From: an uncultured bacterium
GTDB taxonomy: Bacteria > Hinthialibacterota > Hinthialibacteria > OLB16
Length of the DNA: 64,000 nt
NCBI GenBank assembly: GCA_964422415.1
Contig: CAYRBI010000008.1
Location: 3,336 to 67,335, forward strand
Direction of reading: 5' to 3'
The translations under genes and the position numbers were made by a program. Below are positions 21,492 to 30,353 of this stretch, in pieces. The notes beneath the pieces are model-generated. The model ran no database searches and had not been told where the DNA came from. It saw only the letters and a list, made by a program, of their open reading frames with translations. The stretch's first letter is position 1. Every line of letters starts with the position of its first letter.

Positions 21492-21988
21492 GATGACTCA
21501 GAGCACCTCCCTGTAGGCATTCCCGTTTGGACCGGCGTCCGTTCGGATAACATTCTTTGCAACACCTGTTTCAGCGGTTCGTAATTCTCATTCAACATTT
21601 GGATGAAACGCGGCCTGAGCCGGTGTGCGTCCCCCAAAGCGGTTGAGGTTTCATCCGAGAGCAACAAGATGACATGAAATGAAGACAACAATGGACTAAG
21701 CGCCAACAGTTCCCGCAGATCTCTGATACGCGGGATGACGATCACACCCACCAGGCTCATCGATTGCGCTCTGGCCAGAATCTTCCGGAGCGTATCGGCG
21801 TGATGCGTAACAAAAATGCAGTCCGGAGGGGTGACTTCCTCCACCGCGCGCACAACTGGCTCGGCGGACTGGTCCCACAGAGGGACATGCAAGAAAACTT
21901 GTTCTCTATGCTCGTCGCTCATTCCTGTGATCCCAAAGCCTTCGTTGAGGCTTTGTATAACAGGATGTGTGCCAACCAGTTTGCACAC
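21488..21988 (-). CDS. hypothetical protein, possibly a degenerate receiver-like (beta-alpha)5 domain
   Basis: Its stop overlaps the cheA start (ATGA). Alternating hydrophobic-strand/helix pattern (VFLHVPLW, CIFVTH, LVGVIVIP, HVILLLSD) with no obvious phospho-acceptor Asp. The start may be MSDEH at 21922. Confidence 0.4.
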   Translation of the reverse strand: MCKLVGTHPVIQSLNEGFGITGMSDEHREQVFLHVPLWDQSAEPVVRAVEEVTPPDCIFVTHHADTLRKILARAQSMSLVGVIVIPRIRDLRELLALSPLLSSFHVILLLSDETSTALGDAHRLRPRFIQMLNENYEPLKQVLQRMLSERTPVQTGMPTGRCSESS

Positions 21989-22115
21989 AAACGAACTGAA
22001 AAAATGTGTTCGGATGGAGGAGACGATTCCTTCCCTTTTTCACCATGAATCCAGGAGTCACGGCAAAGAGAGGAAATCAGATATACGGTGTGTAAAGTAG
22101 ATCTGATGAAACAAT

Positions 22116-22145
22116 CCTGTATATTGGAATTATCCGATATACAGG
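22116..22145. promoter_or_regulatory. perfect 9-bp inverted repeat, candidate operator upstream of the orf166-cheA operon
   Basis: cctgtatat (22116-22124), N12, atatacagg (22137-22145), in the 242-nt gap between the response regulator gene and orf166. Confidence 0.3.
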
Positions 22146-22230
22146 AATAGACTTCCGATTTTCCGGAAAACTGTCCATTTGCTCGGACAGAGGTCACCTC
22201 GCTGGGAACGTTATCTAGTAATAAAAGGGG

Positions 22231-23694
22231 TCAGGAAACCTGATGGAGCTTCAAAAGCTCATACAGACGTGATTTAGATAGACCTGAAATCCGGCACATC
22301 TCTGAGACCTGGCCTCCGGTCCGGAGATTGAGATCCACCAGATAGTCTCGATCAGACCTCTCCCGGAAATGCCTGAAGGAAGGAAAACTTCCTGCTTGAT
22401 CTGGAGTTTCTTTGGATTTTGGAATTTCTACTGGATTTGGAATGGCCTTGGATTCTGAGGCAGGTGTGGATAGAACCATGGGTGGAGGGGGAGGGAGTGT
22501 AGGTTCTGAGGGTTCGCCGAAGAGAGCTCTGGCAGCTGCCACCCGGACCTGAGTAGGAAGGTGCTGCGGTAAAAGAGTCCTTCCCTCTCCTGCGGCAGCA
22601 ATGGAATACTCCAGGGTGTGAATCATCTCCCGGACATTTCCTGGCCATTGGTAAGCCGAAAAAGCAACCAGATATTCAGGCGAGATCTCCTTGACTCCCT
22701 CTTCCCGGTTCTTACAGATCCGTGCGAGGTGGTATCTCGCAATAGCGGGAATGTCCTCCCGGCATTCCCGTAAACTGGGCAACCGGATTGTGCAGGAGCG
22801 CAGCCGGTATAAAAGGTCAGCACGGAACTGGCCGGTCTCCACCATATGATCCAGATCACGGTTGGTCGCGGCGACAAGCCTAAAGTTGCTATCGATCTCA
22901 GTCTCGGAACCGACAGGACGGAAACGGTGTTCTTGCAGAACTCGCAGGAAGGTTTTCTGGATGGAAAGAGGGAGTTCGCCGACTTCATCCAAGAAAAGGG
23001 TTCCTTCATGGGCTTGGAGAACCAACCCATCTGTGTCCCGGAGTGCGCCGGTATAGGCTCCCTTGATGTGGCCAAAGAGGAGGCTTTCCACCAGTGTCTC
23101 GGGAAGTGCCGCACAATCCAGGATGACGAAGGACTTCTCGGCGCGTGAACTGTTGTTATGGATTGCGAAGGCGAAACTTTCCTTGCCTGTTCCGGTTTCA
23201 CCTTGAATGAGAACATTGGATTCAGTCCGGGCGGCCAGGAAGAGGACATCCAGGCAAGATCTCAAGCGGGGTCCAGATCCCACAATGCCATCCCGCCGGA
23301 AGGATTGCTCAAACCTTGGTCCCTGCTGTTCTTGCCGGGAACGGAGCGCGCGTGTGAGTGGCAGGAGAAGTTCGGAAAGGGAAGCACCCTTGGGTAAGTA
23401 ATCCCATGCACCCGAACGGATAGCCATTTCGGCTCCATCGGCGGTGCCCGCCCCAGTAATGATGATGACCTCGGGATTGGAGGGAGCGGCCCGAAGCTGG
23501 GGAATAATGTCGAGTCCGCTTCCATCCGGCAACCCCACATCCAGAAAGATTAAATCAAAGTGGCCATGCCGGTTGGCATCAACCGCCTGCACACGGTTAT
23601 GAACAGCCTGAACCTCATGGCCCTGAGACTGGATGAGGTGGCTCAGAGCAAAGCAGACTGCAGTATCATCGTCAACAATGAGGATGCTTGCCAT
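22231..23694 (-). CDS. sigma54-dependent response regulator (NtrC/Fis family)
   Basis: REC (ILIVDDD, DLIFLDVGLPDGSG). AAA+ sigma54-interaction domain (GETGTGKE, ESLLFGHIKGAYTGA as the GAFTGA variant). C-terminal Fis-type HTH (ISGLSKSRLYELLK). Confidence 0.9.
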   Translation of the reverse strand: MASILIVDDDTAVCFALSHLIQSQGHEVQAVHNRVQAVDANRHGHFDLIFLDVGLPDGSGLDIIPQLRAAPSNPEVIIITGAGTADGAEMAIRSGAWDYLPKGASLSELLLPLTRALRSRQEQQGPRFEQSFRRDGIVGSGPRLRSCLDVLFLAARTESNVLIQGETGTGKESFAFAIHNNSSRAEKSFVILDCAALPETLVESLLFGHIKGAYTGALRDTDGLVLQAHEGTLFLDEVGELPLSIQKTFLRVLQEHRFRPVGSETEIDSNFRLVAATNRDLDHMVETGQFRADLLYRLRSCTIRLPSLRECREDIPAIARYHLARICKNREEGVKEISPEYLVAFSAYQWPGNVREMIHTLEYSIAAAGEGRTLLPQHLPTQVRVAAARALFGEPSEPTLPPPPPMVLSTPASESKAIPNPVEIPKSKETPDQAGSFPSFRHFRERSDRDYLVDLNLRTGGQVSEMCRISGLSKSRLYELLKLHQVS

Positions 23695-23963
23695 CTCTGG
23701 TATCGCGGGCTAATTAAAACCATGATACACTTCCTTCCTGACTCCGACAATGAGGTCAGGGATTCGGCCTGGACAAAGCTCGTCTTGTCCGGTTCGGTTT
23801 GGACATGCAAGGAATCCATCGAAAGTGGGTGAAGGAGGGGTTGTTTATTCCTCAAAACTCCGGAATACCTACTATGATTAGGACTCCTTATCAATGGCTA
23901 TCGTCCGCTTTATTGGGAGAAAGCCATAAGTCCTCCAATACTTGCTGATCGCGGAGAGCCTGT

Positions 23964-25967
23964 GTGGAGCCACTTCAGCAACCTTCCTCATCCATGTCCA
24001 TGAACGGGTATCCCACGACACCTTCCTATGGGGAAGGGGAAATTCTCGCGGCCATCATCGAAGCCTCCCCAGTGGCCATCTATTCCATTGATCAAAATGG
24101 AATTGTGACCTCCTGGAATAAGGCCTCGGAAAAGATCTTCGGATGGAAGGCGGATGAGGTTCTAGGGAAACCCCTTCCGATCGTGCCAACTCGTTGGGAG
24201 GAGCAGTTCGAGGACCTCTTCGCGATGTTGAAGAATGGGCAGAAGTTCACCGAACTGGAGTTAAACCGGCTCCGGAAAGATGGAACCGAAATCGACATCT
24301 CTCTCTCGACCGCCCCGATCCATGGGCCCACTGGGGAAATGGTAGGGGTTCTGGGAATTGCCTCGGAGATTACCTCGCGCAAGCGGGCCGAGGAGGCTTT
24401 ACGCGAAAGCGAAAAGCGCTACCGGAGTCTGTTTCAAGAGAGCCGGGCGGTCATGCTCTTGGTGGATCCCGCCCAGGAAATCATTGTCGATGCGAACCGG
24501 GCGGCACATGCCTATTACGGTTACGAGCCGCATGTCTTTCGCGGTATGCCCATTTCCCGCATCGAGACTCTGTCCATTCTGAGCCAAAGACGGGATCTGA
24601 ATGGAACCAGTTCCAACTTCATGGAACATTTTTTCACCCGTCACCGCTTGGCGGACGATTCAATCCGCGAGGTGGAGGTCCATGGCACGCCCCTGGATAT
24701 GGATGGACAGCATTTCCTCTGTTGCATCATCCATGATATTACCGAGAAGGTGCAACTGGAGTCACACCTACGGCAATCGCAGAAGATGGAGGCAGTGGCA
24801 ACTCTGGCGGGAGGCATTGCACATGACTTCAACAACATCCTGAGTGCGATGCTGGGATTCGTGGACTTGATCCGCATGGAGACCTCACCCGAGAGTTCCA
24901 TCCGCCCCTTTGTCGAACAGATCCGTCTGGCCGCCAAACGGGCCAAGGACCTGATTGGACAGATCTTTTTCATCACCCGCGACACCGAGCAGGAATTCCA
25001 TCCCATCCAGATCCAGAGTGTGATCAAGGAGGCACTCCGCTTGCTCCGGGGCGCGCTACCCGCCACCATTGAGATCCGCCAGGACATCTCCCCCACCTGT
25101 GGTTCCATCTTGGGTGACCCCATACAGATCCATCAGGTGCTGATGAATCTATGCACCAATGCTTATCAGGCGATGCTCGCGGGTGGAGTCCTGGAAGTCA
25201 CCCTGGAGGAACAAGAACTCCCGCCGGATGGCCGTGGAGTTCAACTCGTGGGCCAGACAGTGACGCCTGGGCCAGTTGTCAATCCAACTGGCCGATTCGC
25301 ATGCTTGACTGTCCGTGATACGGGACAGGGGATGGACACTGCCACACGGAGCCGGATCTTTGATCCCTATTTCACCACCAAGGAACCCCGCGAGGGAACC
25401 GGTCTGGGATTAGCAATCGTCCATGGGATCGTCGCCAATCATAACGGCTTTATCCTTGTCAACAGCACTCCCGGCCAAGGATCGGCCTTCCAGGTCTTCT
25501 TCCCACTCTGTGAAAGTCCGGAGGCCACCCCGGAAGATGAGTTTTATTCGGTCCTCGCCCGTGGACATAACGAACACATCCTCTATGTCGATGACGAAGA
25601 GGCCATCACGAAAATGAGGTCGATTCTACTCGGAAGAATTGGCTACCGGGTGACCACCTGCCAAAGTGGTGCGGAGGCGCTTGCTCTGCTGTGCACCAGT
25701 CCCTGGGGATTTGATGTGGTTATCACCGACCTCACTATGCCGGGAATGACCGGCATTGCCCTAGGACGTGAGATTCAAAACATTCGCCAAGGCCTACCGG
25801 TGATCCTCTGTACCGGCCAATACACGGCTGGCAATACACAGGATTTATACGAAGCAGGGATCTACAGGCTCCTTCAGAAACCAGTTGAAGATGAGCTCCT
25901 CGCCACAACTATCCGCGAGGTGCTCCAGGAAGCAGCGGGAAATAGAGCTAATAAAAACCTTCCCTAA
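23964..25967 (+). CDS. PAS-domain hybrid sensor histidine kinase with C-terminal receiver
   Basis: Two PAS-like regions, H-box IAHDFNNILSAM, N/G boxes (NLCTNAYQAM, DTGQGMD, GTGLGLAIV), and REC (ILYVDDEE, VITDLTMPGMTG). Confidence 0.9.
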   Translation: MEPLQQPSSSMSMNGYPTTPSYGEGEILAAIIEASPVAIYSIDQNGIVTSWNKASEKIFGWKADEVLGKPLPIVPTRWEEQFEDLFAMLKNGQKFTELELNRLRKDGTEIDISLSTAPIHGPTGEMVGVLGIASEITSRKRAEEALRESEKRYRSLFQESRAVMLLVDPAQEIIVDANRAAHAYYGYEPHVFRGMPISRIETLSILSQRRDLNGTSSNFMEHFFTRHRLADDSIREVEVHGTPLDMDGQHFLCCIIHDITEKVQLESHLRQSQKMEAVATLAGGIAHDFNNILSAMLGFVDLIRMETSPESSIRPFVEQIRLAAKRAKDLIGQIFFITRDTEQEFHPIQIQSVIKEALRLLRGALPATIEIRQDISPTCGSILGDPIQIHQVLMNLCTNAYQAMLAGGVLEVTLEEQELPPDGRGVQLVGQTVTPGPVVNPTGRFACLTVRDTGQGMDTATRSRIFDPYFTTKEPREGTGLGLAIVHGIVANHNGFILVNSTPGQGSAFQVFFPLCESPEATPEDEFYSVLARGHNEHILYVDDEEAITKMRSILLGRIGYRVTTCQSGAEALALLCTSPWGFDVVITDLTMPGMTGIALGREIQNIRQGLPVILCTGQYTAGNTQDLYEAGIYRLLQKPVEDELLATTIREVLQEAAGNRANKNLP

Positions 25968-26070
25968 GGAACGCAAGGCGGGGACGGACTACTCCGAAGC
26001 GTGTAATTCCTCACAAGCATTTTGGGTTTGTTAACTTCCGATCTATTGTTACCAAGAGGCAATATGGCCA

Positions 26071-27846
26071 TCAAGGAGATAATTCCACCATCCCCTGATA
26101 AGTTGGTTGTCCGGAGATAGATGCCTCACGGTTAAGGCAATCCGGGCAGGCCTCCTTGAGAGCCAATTCATCCCACCATTCGATGTCATTCTTGAGGGCT
26201 TGCATGAAGTGTTCATTGGCTTGGGTGATATTTCCCTTGCGGTGAAAAGCAATGCCGAGGTGTAAATGGATGGTTCCCGCTGAATGCGGATCATCAAAAA
26301 GCAGAGCCTTCTCGAGATGGTCAATGCCCTTGTCGAACTGATCCCGGCGGATCTCAATCCACCCCAAGGTATCCAGATTATCCCCCGAGGGGACAAGTGA
26401 GACAGACTGGGAAGCCTCCTCAATAGCGGTGGCCAGGTCACCTCCAAACTCACAACCAACATAGGCCCGATGATTCAAAACAAGGGATTCCCGGCGTTTG
26501 GATTCGACTAAGTCCTCCTGCTTGCCCGGCGCTGGCATGGGAATAATGGAATCCAGAATATGGTAGAGTTGCTCGCGAATCTCTCCCAACTCAGCCGTGG
26601 CTCCAGTCAAGCGGGCTATATGCCCCTGATCCCACAGGATCCGCAATGGGTCTACATCATAATTTCCGGCGAATCCCGACCGGCGCCAGGGTTCAATCCT
26701 GTCCGCGCTCCGGCGATTCAGGGCAACAACACGGAACCGGCGATCCAGGAACTTGATTTGAACCTTCGTATCGGTATCTGTAGCTTTTCCCTTACCCTTC
26801 TCTTTCTCCTTCTTGGTCACCTTGGAGGAGATGTCCTCTAGGATCGAAGAAGCTTGAGGAAATTGGCGGTTATAGGCATAGCTGATGGCCAAGCGTTTCG
26901 CGAGGAAGAGGTCATCCGGGTGCGCCAAGTACAGATCCTGCATCCGTTTCTGAGCATCCAGGTCTCCCTGTTGAAGCCAGGGATCCTCCCGCCACAGAAG
27001 GTAATCAACCTGTCCGATCTGCCGCCATTCATGGAGGCAATACGCCATGAGCCCCACGCTCCCGGCCAGCGGAACGAGGATGAGAAGCCTTGTCAGAATC
27101 CCCCGTTTCGGATGGGGGAGATCCGGATTTATGGAACGGATTGAAATCCGTTGAAACACCAGGATGGGAAGCGAGCAGGCAGCCCCCATGAAAAGCGCGG
27201 CTATAAGGCCTTTCTGAGTGGGGCCGATCTGAGTGATGCCGGCGAACTCGATCGAGGGGTGGTAGACGGGGGCATAAGAAAGAGTCCATGAGAAAACCCA
27301 GAGTAAAAGAAGGGCCATCCAGGTTCCGCTAGGAACCACCGCCAGTCTCTCCGGCCCCTCATGGCGGTCAAATCCCAGTTTGACCAGAACCGTTCCTCCC
27401 GCCGCGAAGACCATGCCCAGGCTACCCGAGGTGATGACCGCCGTGGAAGTAAAGTCCACCAGGACCACCACCGCTCCCCCCACCAGGTAAATGAACAATG
27501 AGGGGAGCCTTCCAATCTCCTCCTCCATCATCTTCCCCAACGGTAACAGTGCGATCACCGAGAAAGCAAACCACCCCAAGCCCGGAGGGAGGAAGATGCC
27601 GGTCAAGAGCCGCCACCACTCCCCGCTCCAGACCACCTCCCGCATTGGATAGCCGAATTCGAGGACCTGATCTATGTTGAAAATCCCCATCAGATTGAGG
27701 GGAAAAAGAGTGAGGTCCTCCGGAATGTTACCGGTGGGATTGCCAGCCCAGTAGAGCCCCAGGGCGATACCGGCCTGGAGGATCAGGAAGCGGATGGCGA
27801 CAAAAGGCTCGGCCTGATTGAGTTTGTCGAAGAGATTGGGTTCCAT
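26071..27846 (-). CDS. rhomboid-like polytopic membrane protein fused to C-terminal TPR repeats
   Basis: GEWWRLLTGIF (the rhomboid WRxxT motif) within a multi-TM N-terminal half. TPR-like C-terminal half (GTIHLHLGIAFHRKGNITQANEHFMQALK). Start placed at ATG 27846 (MEPNLF). Confidence 0.55.
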   Translation of the reverse strand: MEPNLFDKLNQAEPFVAIRFLILQAGIALGLYWAGNPTGNIPEDLTLFPLNLMGIFNIDQVLEFGYPMREVVWSGEWWRLLTGIFLPPGLGWFAFSVIALLPLGKMMEEEIGRLPSLFIYLVGGAVVVLVDFTSTAVITSGSLGMVFAAGGTVLVKLGFDRHEGPERLAVVPSGTWMALLLLWVFSWTLSYAPVYHPSIEFAGITQIGPTQKGLIAALFMGAACSLPILVFQRISIRSINPDLPHPKRGILTRLLILVPLAGSVGLMAYCLHEWRQIGQVDYLLWREDPWLQQGDLDAQKRMQDLYLAHPDDLFLAKRLAISYAYNRQFPQASSILEDISSKVTKKEKEKGKGKATDTDTKVQIKFLDRRFRVVALNRRSADRIEPWRRSGFAGNYDVDPLRILWDQGHIARLTGATAELGEIREQLYHILDSIIPMPAPGKQEDLVESKRRESLVLNHRAYVGCEFGGDLATAIEEASQSVSLVPSGDNLDTLGWIEIRRDQFDKGIDHLEKALLFDDPHSAGTIHLHLGIAFHRKGNITQANEHFMQALKNDIEWWDELALKEACPDCLNREASISGQPTYQGMVELSP

Positions 27847-27977
27847 GCTGACGCCATGGGGAGTTGGAATTCTTTGACCCCTGAGACGTATGCGGAAAAC
27901 TACCACGGAAAGGGAGAGTCACCCAAGGGGGAGCGTTTTCCATACCACACGCTGGGTCTTTCTACCCCGGCCAGCCT

Positions 27978-29147
27978 ATGGATAGACTAACCGATACGAA
28001 AATGAATGTGATTTACCTGGACAATAACGCCACAACCCGTCCCGTCCCCGAGGTGAGAGAGGCCATGCTTCCCTTCTTCGATGATCTGTATGGGAATCCA
28101 AGTTCGCCCCACCATTTTGGTGGACAGGTGGAAAAGGATCTGACCATTGCCCGCCAGAGTCTGGCCAACCTTTTGGGATGTTCCCCAGGGGAGGTCATCT
28201 TCACCAGTGGGGGGACGGAAGCGGACAACCTGGCTATCCGTGGGGTGCTCACGGCCCATCCAGCCCAACGCCACATTGTAACTACAGTGGTCGAGCACAG
28301 CGCCATACTGGTTCAATGCCGGGAGTTGGAGCGGCAGGGGTATGCGGTTACCTGGTTGAAGGTGGATGGAGATGGACAGCTCAATCTGGAGGAATTGGAG
28401 AAGGCCATCCGCCCGGACACTGCCATTGTGTCAGTAATGTGGGCGAACAACGAAACTGGAGTCCTGTTCCCCATCGCAGAGATTGGAGCGATCTGCCAGG
28501 CTCACAAGGTGCCCTTCCATGTGGATGCGGTGCAAGCAGTGGGAAAAATCCCCATCGATCTCCACAAGACTCCAGTCGATCTCCTCTCTCTCTCCGCGCA
28601 CAAGATCCATGGCCCCAAAGGGGTAGGCGCGCTCTATGCGCGGACAGGGACACGGCTCAAGCCGATCATCTGGGGAGGGCACCAGGAGCGTGGACGCCGG
28701 CCCGGAACCGAACCGGTACCCTTGATCGTGGGACTTGGCAAGGCCGCCGGACTGGCGGGAGAGCACCTGTGGAAGGAAGACATCTCTGTCCGCACGCTCC
28801 GGGACCGGCTTGAATCGGGATTGAGAGAGAGCATTCCAAATCTGCGGGTGAATGGGGCACAAAGCCCACGGTTGCCTAACACGTTGAATGTATGTTTCCC
28901 GGGAGCCGAGGGGGAGGCCCTGCTGTTGCTCATGGATCAACATGGGATCGCGGCCTCCTCGGGGAGCGCCTGCCTGGCGGATAAACTTGAACCCTCGCAT
29001 GTCCTCCTGGCCATGGGGGTGCCCGCATCCGAGGCCATAGGTGCGGTACGTTTCAGTTTGAGCCGGTTGACTACACCGGCTGAGATCGAAGAGGTTCTGC
29101 GGATCCTGCCCGGATTGAACCGGAAAGTTCTCGCATTGGGAGGGTAG
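27978..29147 (+). CDS. cysteine desulfurase (NifS/IscS class I aminotransferase V)
   Basis: IYLDNNATT, PLP-Lys motif SAHKIHGPKGVGALY, catalytic loop SSGSACLA. Confidence 0.9.
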   Translation: MDRLTDTKMNVIYLDNNATTRPVPEVREAMLPFFDDLYGNPSSPHHFGGQVEKDLTIARQSLANLLGCSPGEVIFTSGGTEADNLAIRGVLTAHPAQRHIVTTVVEHSAILVQCRELERQGYAVTWLKVDGDGQLNLEELEKAIRPDTAIVSVMWANNETGVLFPIAEIGAICQAHKVPFHVDAVQAVGKIPIDLHKTPVDLLSLSAHKIHGPKGVGALYARTGTRLKPIIWGGHQERGRRPGTEPVPLIVGLGKAAGLAGEHLWKEDISVRTLRDRLESGLRESIPNLRVNGAQSPRLPNTLNVCFPGAEGEALLLLMDQHGIAASSGSACLADKLEPSHVLLAMGVPASEAIGAVRFSLSRLTTPAEIEEVLRILPGLNRKVLALGG

Positions 29148-29324
29148 ACTCTGTAAATCATGGAAAGGACGGAAGCATGGAATGACCGGAAGAGGAAACC
29201 GGAGGTTGAGAACGCATCGTCAGGCTCTCTGTTAACGGATTTGACCCTGACTAAGCTCAACTCCTTCCGATCCCTGCGATCCTTCCCTGAATTTCCTGAT
29301 TCAAGCAACCACACACCCCAATGG

Positions 29325-30191
29325 CTACTTCCCCTTGTTCAATAAACTCCCCAATAGTACGGAAGGAGAAATCAGGGCGTGGTAACTCCCAGCCCGGTTG
29401 TGGCGTTCCTGTTGAATCTTTAGATACCACCTTTCCCGGTCCACAGGCTCGAAGAGCGGCGCAAGTGAGAGGAGGTAAGTGTTGAGCACATCTAGGTCAT
29501 GGATCTCCCCCAGAATGTCCTGCAAATTCTCCAATATCTTGCCACATGCCGAGTAACGCTCCGGCAGGAAGTTTTCCACAGTGTACCGGAAACGTTTCAA
29601 AGCGACCCGCGCCCTGTGCCAGGATTCCTGGAGATCACCCTGGGTGGCGAGTTCCCGGTGACTTGCCAGGAAATCCTGGAGCCGGTCTAGCGCCATACTG
29701 TTGAAAAAGGGTTGGGAATTGAGAACCTCTCGCAAATGGCCTGGGAGTGTCTCGCGCCAGTCCGCCCAACTCTCCTTGTCAAACCGGGCAAGCGCCTCCT
29801 GAATACGATCGATATAGACAGGCTCCCTTTTCTGAAAGATTACGGTAACTGTAATCCGTACCAGATCAGTCTCTTCCCCTAACCGGTCGATCCATTGCTT
29901 GAGGACATGCAGATCTCTGAGGTGTCCGAGCGCCCGGAAGACACGTCGTAGTTCTCTGGACATCTTGTCCCATTGTCCACTGGGATCGAGTGGTTCAATG
30001 CCATGGGCTACCGAACGGCACCGCCGGATGGCCACACGCAGATCATGGGTTACATTCTCCGAGAGGTCCGACTCAGCCACGTCCAAAAGGCGTGAAACTT
30101 GAGCCATTCGTTTGGCCAATCCCATGGAGGCCGCCACCGGAGGGGAGAGTGAGAGGGAAAGGGAGACAGGAGCGGTAAATTCTTCTGGCAT
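29325..30191 (-). CDS. CHAD domain-containing protein
   Basis: Helical protein with repeated CHAD-type basic motifs (HDLRVAIRRCRS, LRRVFRALGHLRDLHV, WHRARVALKRFRYTVE). Start placed at ATG 30191 after AGGAAGG. Confidence 0.7.
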   Translation of the reverse strand: MPEEFTAPVSLSLSLSPPVAASMGLAKRMAQVSRLLDVAESDLSENVTHDLRVAIRRCRSVAHGIEPLDPSGQWDKMSRELRRVFRALGHLRDLHVLKQWIDRLGEETDLVRITVTVIFQKREPVYIDRIQEALARFDKESWADWRETLPGHLREVLNSQPFFNSMALDRLQDFLASHRELATQGDLQESWHRARVALKRFRYTVENFLPERYSACGKILENLQDILGEIHDLDVLNTYLLSLAPLFEPVDRERWYLKIQQERHNRAGSYHALISPSVLLGSLLNKGK

Positions 30192-30353
30192 GGTATCTGT
30201 CCTTCCTGGACATTGCAGTGATAATAGAGTTTTTTTGTTAGGTCTGCATTGGGAATTCGCGGCCATATTTGGGTGCCTGAAACCCAATGAGGGATTGAAT
30301 CGGAGATAATGTGGCTACAGCACAGGATCCATGGATGAGAAGGGAGAGGTCAC

